A DNA stretch of 62,990 nucleotides, filler included, from Hausera hauseri (taxonomy: Eukaryota), in the NCBI GenBank assembly GCA_046269625.1. It is 12 parts of 12 records of this genome, joined end to end, with 100 filler letters (N's around TTAATTAATTAA, not from the genome) between each part and the next. Parts side by side here need not be neighbours in the genome. Positions count along the whole stretch, not along the records: positions 1 to 10,243 come from JBJURY010214410.1; positions 10,344 to 14,605 come from JBJURY010670440.1; 10 more parts are not named here. The stretch is one strand, 5' to 3'. The translations under genes were made by a program, and so were the position numbers. Position 1 is the first letter of the stretch, and the number at the start of each line of letters is the position of its first letter. The notes under the pieces are model-generated. The model was not told the DNA's origin. It saw only the letters and a list, made by a program, of their open reading frames with translations, and did no database searches. Below, piece by piece: positions 1 to 12,013 of the stretch.

Positions 1-538
1 TCCAAATCGCGAAACATTTATTAATTTAGCAATAGATCGCTGTGAATAACCTGCTTTGTGCAGAATAACTATTTAAGATCTTTTTTCCAAAGATATTTGC
101 GCAAGTCTTGCCATTTTGAGGGCTAATAACGTGCGTTTAAACTCTAACTAATATCGAAAATGAAGCGACTGTATGACAAGTGTTGAGGCCAGATTTTACC
201 ATTGTTTTCATGAAAATTGGATTGCAAACGACAATTAAAAACGTTTGTGAATGTTTGAGTGCAATAATCTTTGATTTTGAATTGACTGGTTTGTAAAAAA
301 CATCAAAAATTTAATGAAATATGGTTCACTGGCAATGTATTGATTTTCATTTTTCTTCAAAATTTTATATCTGGAGGATTTTTTCCATTAAAAGTGATCA
401 AATACTAATAAATATTTGGCAAAATAGTTATATCTTGTTATTTGTTGCAAACAGTCTCAACAAAAAGGGTGTATGATGTTAAAAATAAATATAAATCAGT
501 TTTTTCAAGGTGGCCTCAAACTTTTGACTGGGGGTGTA
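1..538 (-). mobile_element. Tc1/mariner transposon 5' end (TIR plus transposase N-terminus)
   Basis: The minus strand begins TA-CACCCCCAGTCAAAAGTTTGAGGCCA, a Tc1-type TIR with TA target. Minus 114..1 translates MARLAQISLEKRS*IVILHKAGYSQRSIAKLINVSRFG, a Tc1 paired-like HTH with one stop. Confidence 0.88.
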
Positions 539-3300
539 CATAGCCAAGAGTGGAAATTGATGATATACTCTGGATGGAAAATGAAGAAGTCCAAATGGAA
601 CTCAATAGAATAGCAATAGACCAATATATCGTCTTAGATAACAATAAATTTAAATCAATTACCAATATTATCCTATTAGAATTCGGAAAAACCTACGAGA
701 AAATGTCAGCAGAAGATAAATTCTTATTGTTAAAATCGTGTGATGCAATATGAAATAATGAGATAGCAAAAGGAAATACTTTGGATAGTTCATATACAGA
801 AATATAACGGCAATTATTAAAAGATTCAAATTTTATAACAATAATGATGTCGACCGATCAATTAAAGTACATGAAATAACGCATTTGCTACGAATGCATA
901 GTAAACCACTGGATCAAAAACTGGACGTGGAATGTAAAATTACTAAATTGAAACAACAACACCCTCAGCAGAGCCTAAATGAAATTATACATACCTTTCG
1001 TCAAAAACATATAAAAAATCGGAAAACAGAAAGCATTGAAATAGAACCAACTAGAGAAATAACAACAAATTCAGATGCTGAGTTGACTCATAAGCAAACC
1101 TGAATGCGTTTATTCTTATGGGAAATTAATAGAACCCCGGATAAACGACAATCTCCAGAATACCATTACCTAAATACAAATATTTATAACCCTGAAAAAC
1201 AATATTTCACACAAGGTGAAGCATATGCTCTCAAAACTATAGCCTTAGAGGGCCAGAAATATATGAAAACTAATCCTCTTGAATTACATGCAGGAGCTTT
1301 TACATCCTTCACCACGTGGAACACATTTGTCTATCAACTACTCAATATAACTTTACATAGACCCAAGCAATCGGAAATCTCGACTGAGGATATAGAAACT
1401 TTTGACGACCTAGTAGAAGACTGTGACATCGACCACGTAATCAACGAACTATGGACACGAAAAATGCAGAATATTGGGGATGACCCTGAGGAGTATAAGA
1501 AGCATATATGGATAGTTTTATTATTATGGGAAACTGGATTGGAAGATGAACCCCTCACAATGAAACTGGTTGAAGCTATCACTAGCGTAATGGAGAAAAC
1601 AGAGTATTACAAAACATTAGTAAAATCAAAAATACAAACATGAGAACTACGGCACGAAGTAGAAATATTACATAATGGATACCTGAAAGACAAATTAACA
1701 TTAGGAATTGTACATCTCGACAGAGAATGGATAAGAGCAAAAAATAGATATGTACATAAAACACGAATAAATATAGATAGTTATAGATAGATAGTTGGAA
1801 AAGAAAATTTATGAAAGAGGACAATCCCCTGAGGCTATCTATAGATTACGAATACGTAAATATTATGAAAAGAAAATCATTATACTAGCTTTTAGGCATG
1901 GTTATGATAAAAAAGAATGTAGAAACAAAATTTGGACAACTCGATTATTACACCAAGTAAAGATATATATTATCCAACTAGTAAGCAATATGTACAGATG
2001 CACGCATGTCTAAGAGTTTTTAACAGCACTAAATTAGAATTCCTAGGTTATTCGAGATGTACCAGATAGAATGGAATCATTCAAACGATAATTAGTGATT
2101 TCAATAAAGGTTACAATCAACCCTTACAACCAGGATCATCAAATGATGTTAAGTCTAACTCAAAGAATATATAACCCAGAATATGAGTTATATCATGATA
2201 ATGCTAGCCAACCAGAAAAAGTCCAAAACATTATAAGAGAATGGAAAAGACTGTTTATCCACTGTATAGAGGAAGAAAATCCTCAAATTATAAAAGAAAA
2301 GCAAGCCGTACTGAATTACGTATTTAACATGGAAAAATATTGATTGTATAATCCCATAATATGCTTCAATTTCCAATATTATGATATGATGAGAAGGTTT
2401 GCTGATAAATATTTGGATATTCTAACCCGAAAAGAGTGATTACAGAAAAAGATCCCGATATCCAAACTAGAAAGTGTTGTATGAACGAACTACAAGAGTC
2501 AGCTACCATCAGCAAGAGTCACAAATAGAAATGTTTCTATTACAAGACTTTTACATAAGTGCTTGAACAATATCCGAACCGAACCCAGAGATTGAAAGAT
2601 GGATATACCAAGTCGTATGGGAACTGGGCCTAACCCATTACGACATACTAAAAAGGACAATTAATTGGATCAAGGGTCAATATCTGGATTACTTTTATTA
2701 CCTTAATGAATACCAACAACAGAGTTTACTACAAAAAATAGTAGATCACTTCCATATCAATAATTTTGTCCTAGCACCTGACTTCCATACAAAAGAAGTT
2801 AGACAATACATGATACAATTTCTTTTTCAGAGTTTTAATAGAAACATTAATCAGCCCAAAGGAATAAAAGTAACTGATAAAGAAACAATTAGCTTGACAC
2901 AAGCAAATACCATAAAAATTTGCCATAGATCAGTACAACTACACAACGCAAGAATCGACATACTTGCTCAGAAATGCGGAGTAAAGCTCAGTAGAGTAAT
3001 TTATACCAGATGGACCAGTAGAATCACAGCTTATTTAGAGTTAACCTGTGTTGACTTGCTACAGATGGAAAAAGGTTATCTAACAGATTATTTAATACAC
3101 TTTCCAGCAGAAAAAATTCCAGTAACTACAATGTCTTATCTGCAATATCTTACAAAAATGCATAAAGAAATCACTGATATAAACCAACACTTAAAGAACA
3201 AGAAGAATTAATTTATAGGTCCCGTCAGAGACAAAAAATCTTGGCTGATAATAAATAACAATATTTATAAGCTAAGCCAACTCACCTCAAATTCCACATT

Positions 3301-3460
3301 AAAAGGAGAATCTGTTACGAACGAAAACCTTATCGGAACAATCAAATCGAATTCCATAATAAAAGGAGAGTCCATTACGAATGAAAATTCTACTGAACCA
3401 CATGATTCAAATTATACACCAAAAGAGAAGTCCATTACAAATGCAAACTCTACCGAAATG
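3301..3460 (+). repeat. Three diverged 60-bp in-frame repeats (KGESVTNEN / KGESITNEN / KEKSITNAN)
   Basis: aaaaggagaatctgttacgaacgaaaac at 3301, aaaaggagagtccattacgaatgaaaat at 3361, aaaagagaagtccattacaaatgcaaac at 3421. Confidence 0.8.
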
Positions 3461-5184
3461 GATAACCAGCAGAATACAGAAAGTGTTTCAATAAATTATC
3501 AAGGCACGAAGCCGAAACTTAGTCAAGCAGTATTATTTTCATGTATCTTAGCACTATGTATGACGAACATATTGGCACAACCGAAAGCAAAATTCCCAGA
3601 AACCGCAAGACAATCAGCAGTCGACTATATTAAACAGCCACCTCCACAAACAAATTACTTAAAGAATCAAATAGATTCAATATGGTCAAGAAATGCCTTA
3701 TCAATAAAAACTAATGAGTAAAATCATGAGAAAGTTCTGCTAATAATTATCAATATTTTTACAACAATAATGGGCACTACCTTATGTAAGAATAAATTCC
3801 GATCTATAATACTAATTTATATACCAGGATTATTGGCACAAATAACCCCAACAATTCGATTGAAGTTAAATTTAATCACCACTATTTCTAGCCAGCAAAG
3901 ATTACACACCATGTTTCGAGATTATGCGAAATTACGGGAAATACTATATTCAAATTAAAGCATAATCGACGATTCACGTTCAAAGTTTTCTCTATCCAAT
4001 ACAATCCTGAGAGAAAATGTTTAGTGATAACCTACGTAAACAAACCAAAGGGACAGGAAAAGGAAGCATCAACTTTGTTTGAATTATATAGAACTATATG
4101 CGTTACGTACTCAGAACTAAGAGAAAACATGTGTTGTCGCGTTTCCCAAGGACACACCTATTCCTTAATATTCCAAATATCAGAACTCATAAGTGGGTGA
4201 AGTTATAACATTACCATACGACGAACTATCTTCGTCACAATACCCGCGAGAATAACAACAATTAAACCAATAGAAACAAGATTCGAAATGGAGAACTCAG
4301 TTAAGAAATTCGATATTATAACCATACATCTTGTCAGTGGCAAGTTAACTATGAATATAGACTATAATCATCCTATATTTAACATTGATTACGAACTACC
4401 TGATAACTCCAGTGTAATTATCACTATCCCTCATGTGGAATTATTGTCTTTTACCATTTTTTCTCTAACCAACTGTATATACACTGTGGAAGCAATCCAA
4501 CCAAAACTAATATACACTCATGATGAGGACTAAGACCAACCGACTCGTATACTCAAACCGCTTTTACCAGTAAGTGAGTACATTTTCACACTAGAAGGAT
4601 TATCTTTATGATATTTAGAACCTCTATTATCCTTTGTATTATATAATTACGTCACCACTCAACCTAATCCGACAGCTATTAACCAAAACATTGTTGATAT
4701 TGCTATTCTAGATTATAAAGACTAAATTTTATTACTGCAACAAATGTACCCCAGGCATAAAGTCATCGACTAGAGAACACCTTTTACAAGCATAAGGGAT
4801 GATCTTGCCCTGAATAAAATCGACAACGAAGACTTCTTACCCCCTATGCAAGATATATTGAAGCATAAATTCATTATAACAACAGAACTAGATTTATTCT
4901 TATGCTCATTGATGCTACCTATTAGTAATACCAATGGCTGCTTTGATCTTAGCCACCACCCTATCGCTGCAAACTTCTCAACAGACCCAGTACTCATAAT
5001 TCGCCTTACTGAACAATTATTATACACCATCATAATGCCTACGTATATATCACCGTTAGTACAAGCCCACATACTCAGACAATTATATAACTATCTGTCG
5101 AACTCATTGTATATTGAAGACACTGATAATTTTTTAGATCTTAATATTATTGAATTAAATCTCGATTAATTATACTTATTTTCA

Positions 5185-5340
5185 GATTTCCCAGAATGTA
5201 TGGAATTCCGAGTAATACTCTGTGTAGTGTATCGACTTACACCCTGCCTACACATGCTATGTCTATACTGTATAGATCGAGTCCGATCCCAAGCAAATCA
5301 AATGCCATATTGCCCAATTTGTAAATATGAAATTAAATAT
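5185..5340 (+). pseudogene. RING-HC finger 1
   Basis: DFPECMEF...PCLHMLCLYCIDR...CPICK. C3HC4 spacing, with the first Cys replaced by Phe (TTC for TGC). Confidence 0.8.
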
Positions 5341-6081
5341 TACATCCAGCATAATGAACACCTATCTGATGCTGACCAACTCCTACTTGATATTACAACA
5401 TTTGAAATTACCGAACCTACTGACCACATGACATATTACTATACTTGGGATGTGTCAACCCATTTTTCTATCCCATATTTTTAACTTCATACATGTTGTC
5501 TATGCCATAAACACATTAAAACAACCTACCAATTTAGTTGCTGTAACGCCGAATATTGCTCTCATAGTTACCAAATGGAATCTCACCATCGACATCTGAT
5601 TTGTAGCATACGTTATCTTTATCTTCAATTTATATATTCTTACTTCCACCACCCTGTAAGAGCCCTCCTCACTATTACTAACACGCCGATTCCCCAATTA
5701 TTGCCAACCAGATACATCCGATTAGAGCAACAGTCATCGGCTAGAGTTGAATTTCCAATCCATCGTTTTAGGCCACCTACAATAGTTAGACCACCGCCAA
5801 GTACATACCGTGGACCTTTACCCCACATAAACGTCACATCCTTTCTACGTCAACCATCCTCCATACCACATCCACGTTATTGTCCTGAACAAATTGTTAG
5901 ACCTTTATCTTTACTACCAGTACTTATACCGACTATATCTCATAGTTCTCCATTAGCATCACCATTACAACTAAATTGATTCCCAGTCTTAAATCGATGC
6001 CCAATCGGCCTTATTTTTGATCTACATCCACCAGATATTTGTGCATCACTACAAATCCTTTTCTATGACCAACTCCCAACT

Positions 6082-6260
6082 TATGAAAGTACCATATGCC
6101 TTACTGAACGTATAACTGTTGTCCAATTTCAATGCAACCATAATCTATGCGCAACGTGCTTCAAAAATCTTCGTTCCCAATTCCTTCAATCCATCGATCC
6201 AAATGATACACTTCGTATGACCTTCCAGAATGGCATTTCATGTCCATACTGCCGTCAACC
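6082..6260 (+). pseudogene. RING-HC finger 2
   Basis: YESTICLTERITVVQFQCNHNLCATCFKNL...ISCPYCRQP. First Cys replaced by Ser (AGT for TGT). Same frame as RING 1. Confidence 0.8.
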
Positions 6261-6421
6261 ATCAGTTTATTACCACTTCTCATACACCTACAACAATCAT
6301 GTCCAACGATTATTCCATTGGATCAATCCTGTAAACGATGCGACATTAATAATCAGACCCAGAAACCTCAGCTTTATTGACGTCAGTACCCAGAGTGATC
6401 CGGAGGACCGAATCCTTTTTC

Positions 6422-6768
6422 AAAGGGGGGGAGAAATGTTAGAATTTATTGGCAGCAACAAAAACCCAATTATGAACAACCAAAATCCGAAACATCAATT
6501 CTACCAAAACATCAATCCAAGTGCAATTTTGACTTTTATTTCGATCATTCGATTGGACTTTGATTTTATTTAATCATTTCTTACAGTTCAGACATACAAA
6601 CTATGACAATGTGAATATTGTGTTATAATTAATAAACTCGTTGTATATAAATGTCTGTCTTCTTGTTATATTGTTGAACCCTGATGGGTATCTTCGCCAC
6701 ACCGTTTTATGTACAAGTATTGTTAACCAAAGCAGCTAATTAATATTGATACTGAATGGGTTAAAACA
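6422..6768 (+). repeat. Polypurine tract (6422-6436) and 3' LTR starting TGTT at 6437 (right end ~6768 uncertain)
   Basis: AAAGGGGGGGAGAAA is immediately followed by TGTTAGAA. AATAAA at 6631. Candidate ...AAAACA end at 6768. Confidence 0.65.
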
Positions 6769-7004
6769 ACGACAAATTGCATATACAAAATTAGGAACCT
6801 TTGATTTATTAGTTGTAGGTCATAAATCATGGAATATTATTGATTAACAGTCAAGCCATGAATCATGGAAAAATATGAAATACATAAATTATTTTTTGGA
6901 ATAATAACCGCAATCAGAACAAAAGTGGAAATTTTGGAATTAACAAGTGGAGATAAATCATTGTACTTGTAGAATTGATTTAACAAATAGTAATAAATTA
7001 GTTT

Positions 7005-7072
7005 TATTAATTTGACAAGTTGTATTAATTCGACAAGTTGTATTAATTCGACAAGTTGTATTAATTCGACAA
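7005..7072. repeat. 18-bp minisatellite, ~4 copies
   Basis: Unit tattaattcgacaagttg repeated in tandem. Confidence 0.9.
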
Positions 7073-8821
7073 TTTGCGTTACATTTTGGAATCAGTTAGA
7101 CAATTTAATAAATCATTATTCTGCATTTTAAAATCAGACTGACAATATAATAAAATAAATCATTATGTCACATCTAGTATAAAAGCTAGCTACAATTGCA
7201 AAGAAGAACAAGAAATAATCCTTTTTAACAATTTCCAGAACACAAAAGAGCAGATTTTGCGGATACAAATCTTAGAAGAGAAAATTGGGTGAGTGCTTCT
7301 TACAGTGATCCTGAGTTAATTATTTTATATTAAGAAACGCAATCATGTTTAACCTATAATGAAATTTATTACAAAGAATTTTGTCGACGATCGGCATACT
7401 CTGTTAGTGGAAGTATAGATAGTTCGCATCCGAAATTTCTATTTGATAGAAGAAATTATTTCACCCTACATTGCAGACAGTTCTTTTCATCAAATCATTC
7501 CAGTTGCATATTCGAAGAATGGAATTGAACCGAAATAATAAGTTTGGAGTAGAAAATGGTAAATAGTTATTGTAAATATAATGATGAATAAGATTGAATT
7601 AATAAATGATGCCGCCAATCAATTTGTATATTTTGTTCTATGAATAAATATTTTTATTCTGTAATTGATAGACGAATGGATTGTCCATTAGATAACTATG
7701 GTTTTTGCGTTGTATTTGAATTCAGGTTTAGAGTTTAGGTATCAATATTACAATAGATGTGTTTGTTAGAACGGAAATGATACAATAGGAAAAGTTTAGT
7801 AAAATGAACCTTTGGGTTAATAATATTAGAGATAAACTTAACACGAATAGTGCATACTAGTATTCCATGCATTAATTTAACCAATCATTAACTGTGAGTG
7901 AAAAGAAACGTTAAACGACATTATGCAAGATGAACTATTATTTTAAACATGAATATAGAGGTTATCAGTTGTTGGGATACTGCAGTATGATCTTATTACG
8001 AATAGTGAAACTGGGACTGTGATAGATATGAGAAACAATTGAAGATGTAAACCTGTCAAGAAATTTTCTTACAATACAACAAAGGTTGCTAATAAAGATA
8101 ACTAATTGAGAAAGAGTAAAAGGAGTGAATATTAACATATAAGTATAAAAGGACTATAATATGCAACGGTTTATCATGATTTTGAAGAAGCAAATCCAAA
8201 TCTTTATTATTAAAATGATTTTACAAATATCATTATTGATTCTTAAGATGATGATGGGAACTAAAATGAGACAAACAAACCCAGCAATAGACAATATATG
8301 ATATTCATTTAATAAAGAGCGAACAAATATAACCATACAAGAAGAATAAATAGGTATTTGGCTCTGAAATATCTTATTAATTTAGAAAGGTCCGAATTAA
8401 TAAGTGTATTCCTCACAGTTAAAAAAGTTTTGAGCTTGAGAATCGTAAGAAATGATTAATTGCGACGCACAGAAATATTTGAATAGATCATGCTATTATA
8501 TTTCACAAATTGAAAAATCGGAATTTTAAATACTAAGCTCAATGGATAACTCATTTGAAATGTTTTGTAAATTTATGGTTAGAATGAAATGAAGGTAATC
8601 AGATACATATTCATGTGATCCGCTGGATATTTGAAAGAAACATATCGCAGCAATATTCCCCAAAGAAGGCAGACATCAGAATATCATTATGAATAAATCA
8701 CTTATAATTCTAATTATAATCCTATTAATTTTTCCCCATTTTACCATTCTTAATATGTTGACATGAAGATAAAGGTTAGGTGCATGTGTATGTAAATTGA
8801 CCCCTATGCCACCATATAAAC

Positions 8822-8838
8822 TGGTGCCCTGAGTGAGG
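8822..8838 (+). promoter_or_regulatory. Candidate primer-binding site (elongator tRNA-Met-like)
   Basis: TGGTGCCCTGAGTGAGG resembles the complement of a metazoan tRNA-Met(e) 3' end (TGGTGCCCCGTGTGAGG) and the PBS at 28795. Confidence 0.5.
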
Positions 8839-8889
8839 AACACCTCGCTCTTCCACTAATAAAAGAAATATTATAGTTTTAAATTAATA

Positions 8890-9087
8890 TTGATATTGAT
8901 GAAATATTTAGATGACAAGCCTATTAAATGCAGGTTATGTTTTGAACCCCTAGGAAGAAAATATGCACTATTTCGCTACACACACATCATGTGTGTTAAC
9001 TGTGCAGACAGCTGGTTAAGAAAGAACCAGAGTTGCCCTTTTGTCGGAGAATGGCGACAGCATATCAGTGTTGGGGAACCACTGTAA
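8890..9087 (+). pseudogene. RING-HC finger 3 (decayed)
   Basis: CRLCFEPLGRKYALFRYTHIMCVNCADSWLRKNQSCPF, then CRR after a 1-nt frameshift. Third Cys replaced by Tyr (TAC). Confidence 0.8.
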
Positions 9088-9524
9088 TGGGGCTCCCTGA
9101 TGATGATGAAGAAGAAAACAATGACGTTGTATAGTTGCTTGGACCAAATGGATTCAGATATCACCTACCCTGATTTATGAAATATATTGTGTATAGTTTT
9201 GTGGCTCTAGTAATACAGTTTAATCGCTTGTAATTACTTCATATGAATGAGAGTACTGACACGTTCAAGGAATGATCATGTTCTGAAGATTTGCTGACGA
9301 TTAAATGCCCTGGTAGATTTGGGAATGGATGTATTGGAAGACGTTAGCAATAAATAATCATTACTAAAAGAAAGAAGTTAGAAGGAAATAAAAGAAATAT
9401 TAATAGAAAAATATGAACATTTTGTAAATTTGTTATATTATTTTAATATATGATGTCTTGTTACTAAGGTACGGTTTCTCAGTGTTTAGATTTTTCTGAC
9501 CCTTTCATCAGCCAGCAGGCTCAC

Positions 9525-10243
9525 CTTGAGCTTGGCGTCCTGGCTGAGGATGTCTGCGATGAACTGCAGCTCCGCTGACGGGTCGTTCAGCCACTCCACC
9601 ACCATGCGCCTGTGATGCCTGGACAGAAAGTTAGGAAATACGCAAATACTCGGTCATAATGACTCCTGAGTTCTGTAAATTGATCCATTTTACAATAATT
9701 CTAGTTTTTCTTTTCATCCCTCATTAGTCTTTTTATCTCACTGCAACAACAAAAAAAATAATCAAAATGAAATCAAAATATCTGTTTTGTTATGAGCCTC
9801 AATTCTAAACATCAAAATGAAGTAAAAATAAAAGATGTAAAGATAAAGCCCACGCTTTAATTCTCTCCTTTAATATTTATATCTTTAATCGCTGCGATGG
9901 AGATTGTGATTAGGAACGCACTGATAGGAACATTTGAGCCGATATTGATATCCGATTTTAATACTGCTGTTATGGCCGATAACATATCGTACAAAGTTTC
10001 TCTACCGTTTTGACACCTCTGCTAAAATTGTTCCTAAAGTCTCTCTGACCTTAGGAACAAGGAAACGAATGGCAACAAGATGAAAATCGATACTGATACA
10101 TAAAAAAAAAAGACAAATGTTGGATACCGATACCGATGTTAGTGATATTGTGTACGACTTATTGTGATCAGTGGAAACGCGGCTCACCAGACTTGATAGT
10201 TCTTGGGCTGCTCCTCGATGATGTTGGTGATGTATCTCATCTC
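9525..10243 (-). CDS. FNTA: Two exons of farnesyltransferase/GGTase-I alpha subunit, teleost-like (exons 10243-10188 and 9618-9525)
   Basis: Spliced translation [19 protein letters not shown]|[29 protein letters not shown] matches the FNTA PFTA repeats. GTGAG donors, CAG acceptor, GC3-rich codons. Confidence 0.92.
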
Positions 10244-10343
10244 NNNNNNNNNNNNNNNNNNNNNNNNNNNNNNNNNNNNNNNNNNNNTTAATTAATTAAN
10301 NNNNNNNNNNNNNNNNNNNNNNNNNNNNNNNNNNNNNNNNNNN
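10244..10343. other. Artificial contig spacer (first of 11; others start at 14606, 19427, 24759, 30096, 34709, 39876, 44531, 49203, 53355, 58712)
   Basis: Each is an identical 100-bp block of 44 N + TTAATTAATTAA (stops in all six frames) + 44 N. Adjacent contigs are not physically linked. Confidence 0.98.
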
Positions 10344-10348
10344 GACAA

Positions 10349-10723
10349 ATGAGGTTAGCAGACAAAGAAGAGAGGATTAACCAGGAACAAAATCAGATAC
10401 CTACGAATGAGGAAGAAGAAGAAGGGATAAGTCAAGATAGAGTGGAAGAACAATCCTCGAAAATAACGAGCAAAGACAAGAGTGAGGAAGAAATGGAGGA
10501 AAATATGAGAGGAGCAATAAAAAGACAGCTCACAGAAGACAGCTCAAGTGAGAACGGACCAGTAGTAAAAAGGAAACATCAATCAGCAGTGAGGAGGAGG
10601 AAGAAAAAACAAAACAAAATTGATGAAGTCCAGTTAGAAGTAATACAGCAGGATGCAAACAAGATCAAAACAAAACCAAAATCTGCAAGGAAGCAATCGA
10701 GATCGGAGGAAAAGGAAACATAG
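10349..10723 (+). CDS. Low-complexity Glu/Lys/Arg-rich ORF upstream of env remnant, probably retroelement-derived
   Basis: 124-aa charged ORF with the basic cluster RRRKKK; purine-rich strand. Confidence 0.35.
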   Translation: MRLADKEERINQEQNQIPTNEEEEEGISQDRVEEQSSKITSKDKSEEEMEENMRGAIKRQLTEDSSSENGPVVKRKHQSAVRRRKKKQNKIDEVQLEVIQQDANKIKTKPKSARKQSRSEEKET

Positions 10724-10925
10724 ACGGATGAAAAGCAGAAACGAGCAGAGGAAACACGAAGTAATGCAGTAAGGAACTAGATTAAAACTGTGGAAGTCGG
10801 GAAGAGTGGATTCAATAAGCAGATCCTAGCGTTGCTGTCTAAGATGCTATGAAAAACTTTAGGAGAAGGTAACCGTATTAACGGACGAATAATGTTAGGT
10901 TATATTATTTCAAATTCGAAGACAA

Positions 10926-11450
10926 ATGGACAAGTGGATCCAGATTTTATTGTGGTCAGTGATAGGAATCACTGCAACTCTGAGCAAACAAAAAGAGATC
11001 AACATAGTAGTGAGAGACAACACAGTGTCCATAAAAGCAAAAGAAGTATCAGACATTAAAGCACATTGGAAATTAACCATCGCCACAGACATGCAACCAT
11101 ATGAGGAAGAATTAATGAATGCAACCAAACAAACGATGAACTTACACGATATCGTCGACAGAAATACGAAATGGTACAAGACGAAGGGCAATAGTCATAA
11201 TTTTAATGATCATCGTAATAGGAATAACAGTAATGAAGAATAGACACACCATCGTAAACAAAATAAACTTTGGAAAACAAAAGGAACAAAAACACCAAAG
11301 ACAAAAGAACACGTAGAATTACAAGACATAACTACAGACACCATACACTAACCAAACCGGCTAATCATGAAATTAGAACAACCACCGAAACACAAAAACA
11401 ACAATCAACCCAATTAGAGATACCTTCCTCTACCCAAGCCTGAGGTTTAC
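10926..11450 (+). pseudogene. env: Internally deleted envelope gene, probably baculovirus-F/errantivirus (class I) type
   Basis: Signal peptide MDKWIQILLWSVIGITATLS and motif AHWKLTIATDMQPYEEEL. In a shifted frame, NGTRRR-AIVIILMIIVIGITV (basic site fused to a TM helix) followed by a basic tail. Confidence 0.5.
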
Positions 11451-11578
11451 AAAAAAAAAAAAAAACAGTACAAACCCCAGGGGGGAGGAAATTTTTCGAT
11501 GATAGGAATAGACTTTGAAATTACAGTTATTTTCTTATATTTCAGATTCTATACTAATCTTGAAGAACTAAGCCAGGT

Positions 11579-12013
11579 ATGGAACAGGATCCTTGGTGGA
11601 GACGCCATAAGGATGAGGGCTTACCCGACAACTGGATAGTAGTCGAAGATCAACCAGGGTTTAGACTATTAAGTAGATTAGATGAAGACAGATACTGTAA
11701 ATGTGGACACCGGACAATAATAAAATATTTAAGAGATGAAGGGGGGCAAATGAAAAACTTTGATTTGTGTATCGATCCAGAGGGATGTGATTTCAAGGAA
11801 CCGGTAGAGTTGAAACAAGTTGAGAAGAGATGCGAACATCATCATAGACTAATGAAAAGAAAAATAGTAGATCATCCATGGCGACTGGGAGAATACACCA
11901 TACATTACGAATGTGATGGGGGAATAGAAGGGAGAAATCGAATATGCCGACAACTCGAACGTGGTATTATATGTGAACTGAAGGAACCGGACAATGAAGA
12001 GAACAAGTGGTGA
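11579..12013 (+). CDS. Intact 144-aa protein with two GRF-like zinc ribbons
   Basis: CKCG-x20-C-x5-CDF and CEH-x~24-C-x10-C. Preceded by a pyrimidine tract and TTTCAG acceptor at ~11530-11545. Confidence 0.55.
   Translation: MEQDPWWRRHKDEGLPDNWIVVEDQPGFRLLSRLDEDRYCKCGHRTIIKYLRDEGGQMKNFDLCIDPEGCDFKEPVELKQVEKRCEHHHRLMKRKIVDHPWRLGEYTIHYECDGGIEGRNRICRQLERGIICELKEPDNEENKW

Larger units (their letters stand above)
541..6436 (+). pseudogene. Decayed long 3' accessory coding region of an LTR retroelement (unknown domains, hydrophobic signal-like segments, FN3-like domain, two RING fingers)
   Basis: A-rich coding strand. ORF pieces at 2810/3458/3770 share one frame, and pieces at 4288/4846/5200/5575/6217 share another, separated only by isolated stops. 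The region ends in EDRILFQRGG overlapping a polypurine tract. Confidence 0.7.

Noticed and set aside
5170-5185. TTTTCAG as evidence that RING 1 is a spliced host exon
   Set aside because: The upstream and downstream sequence stay in the same reading frame as the rest of the long ORF. Splicing is not required, though not excluded.
7240-8350. Cys-containing decayed ORF, possible further env
   Set aside because: Too degraded to assign; no diagnostic motif recovered by eye.
10288-10299. Recurrent TTAATTAATTAA inside N runs as a biological motif
   Set aside because: It is an identical six-frame-stop linker used to concatenate contigs. Adjacency across it carries no information.
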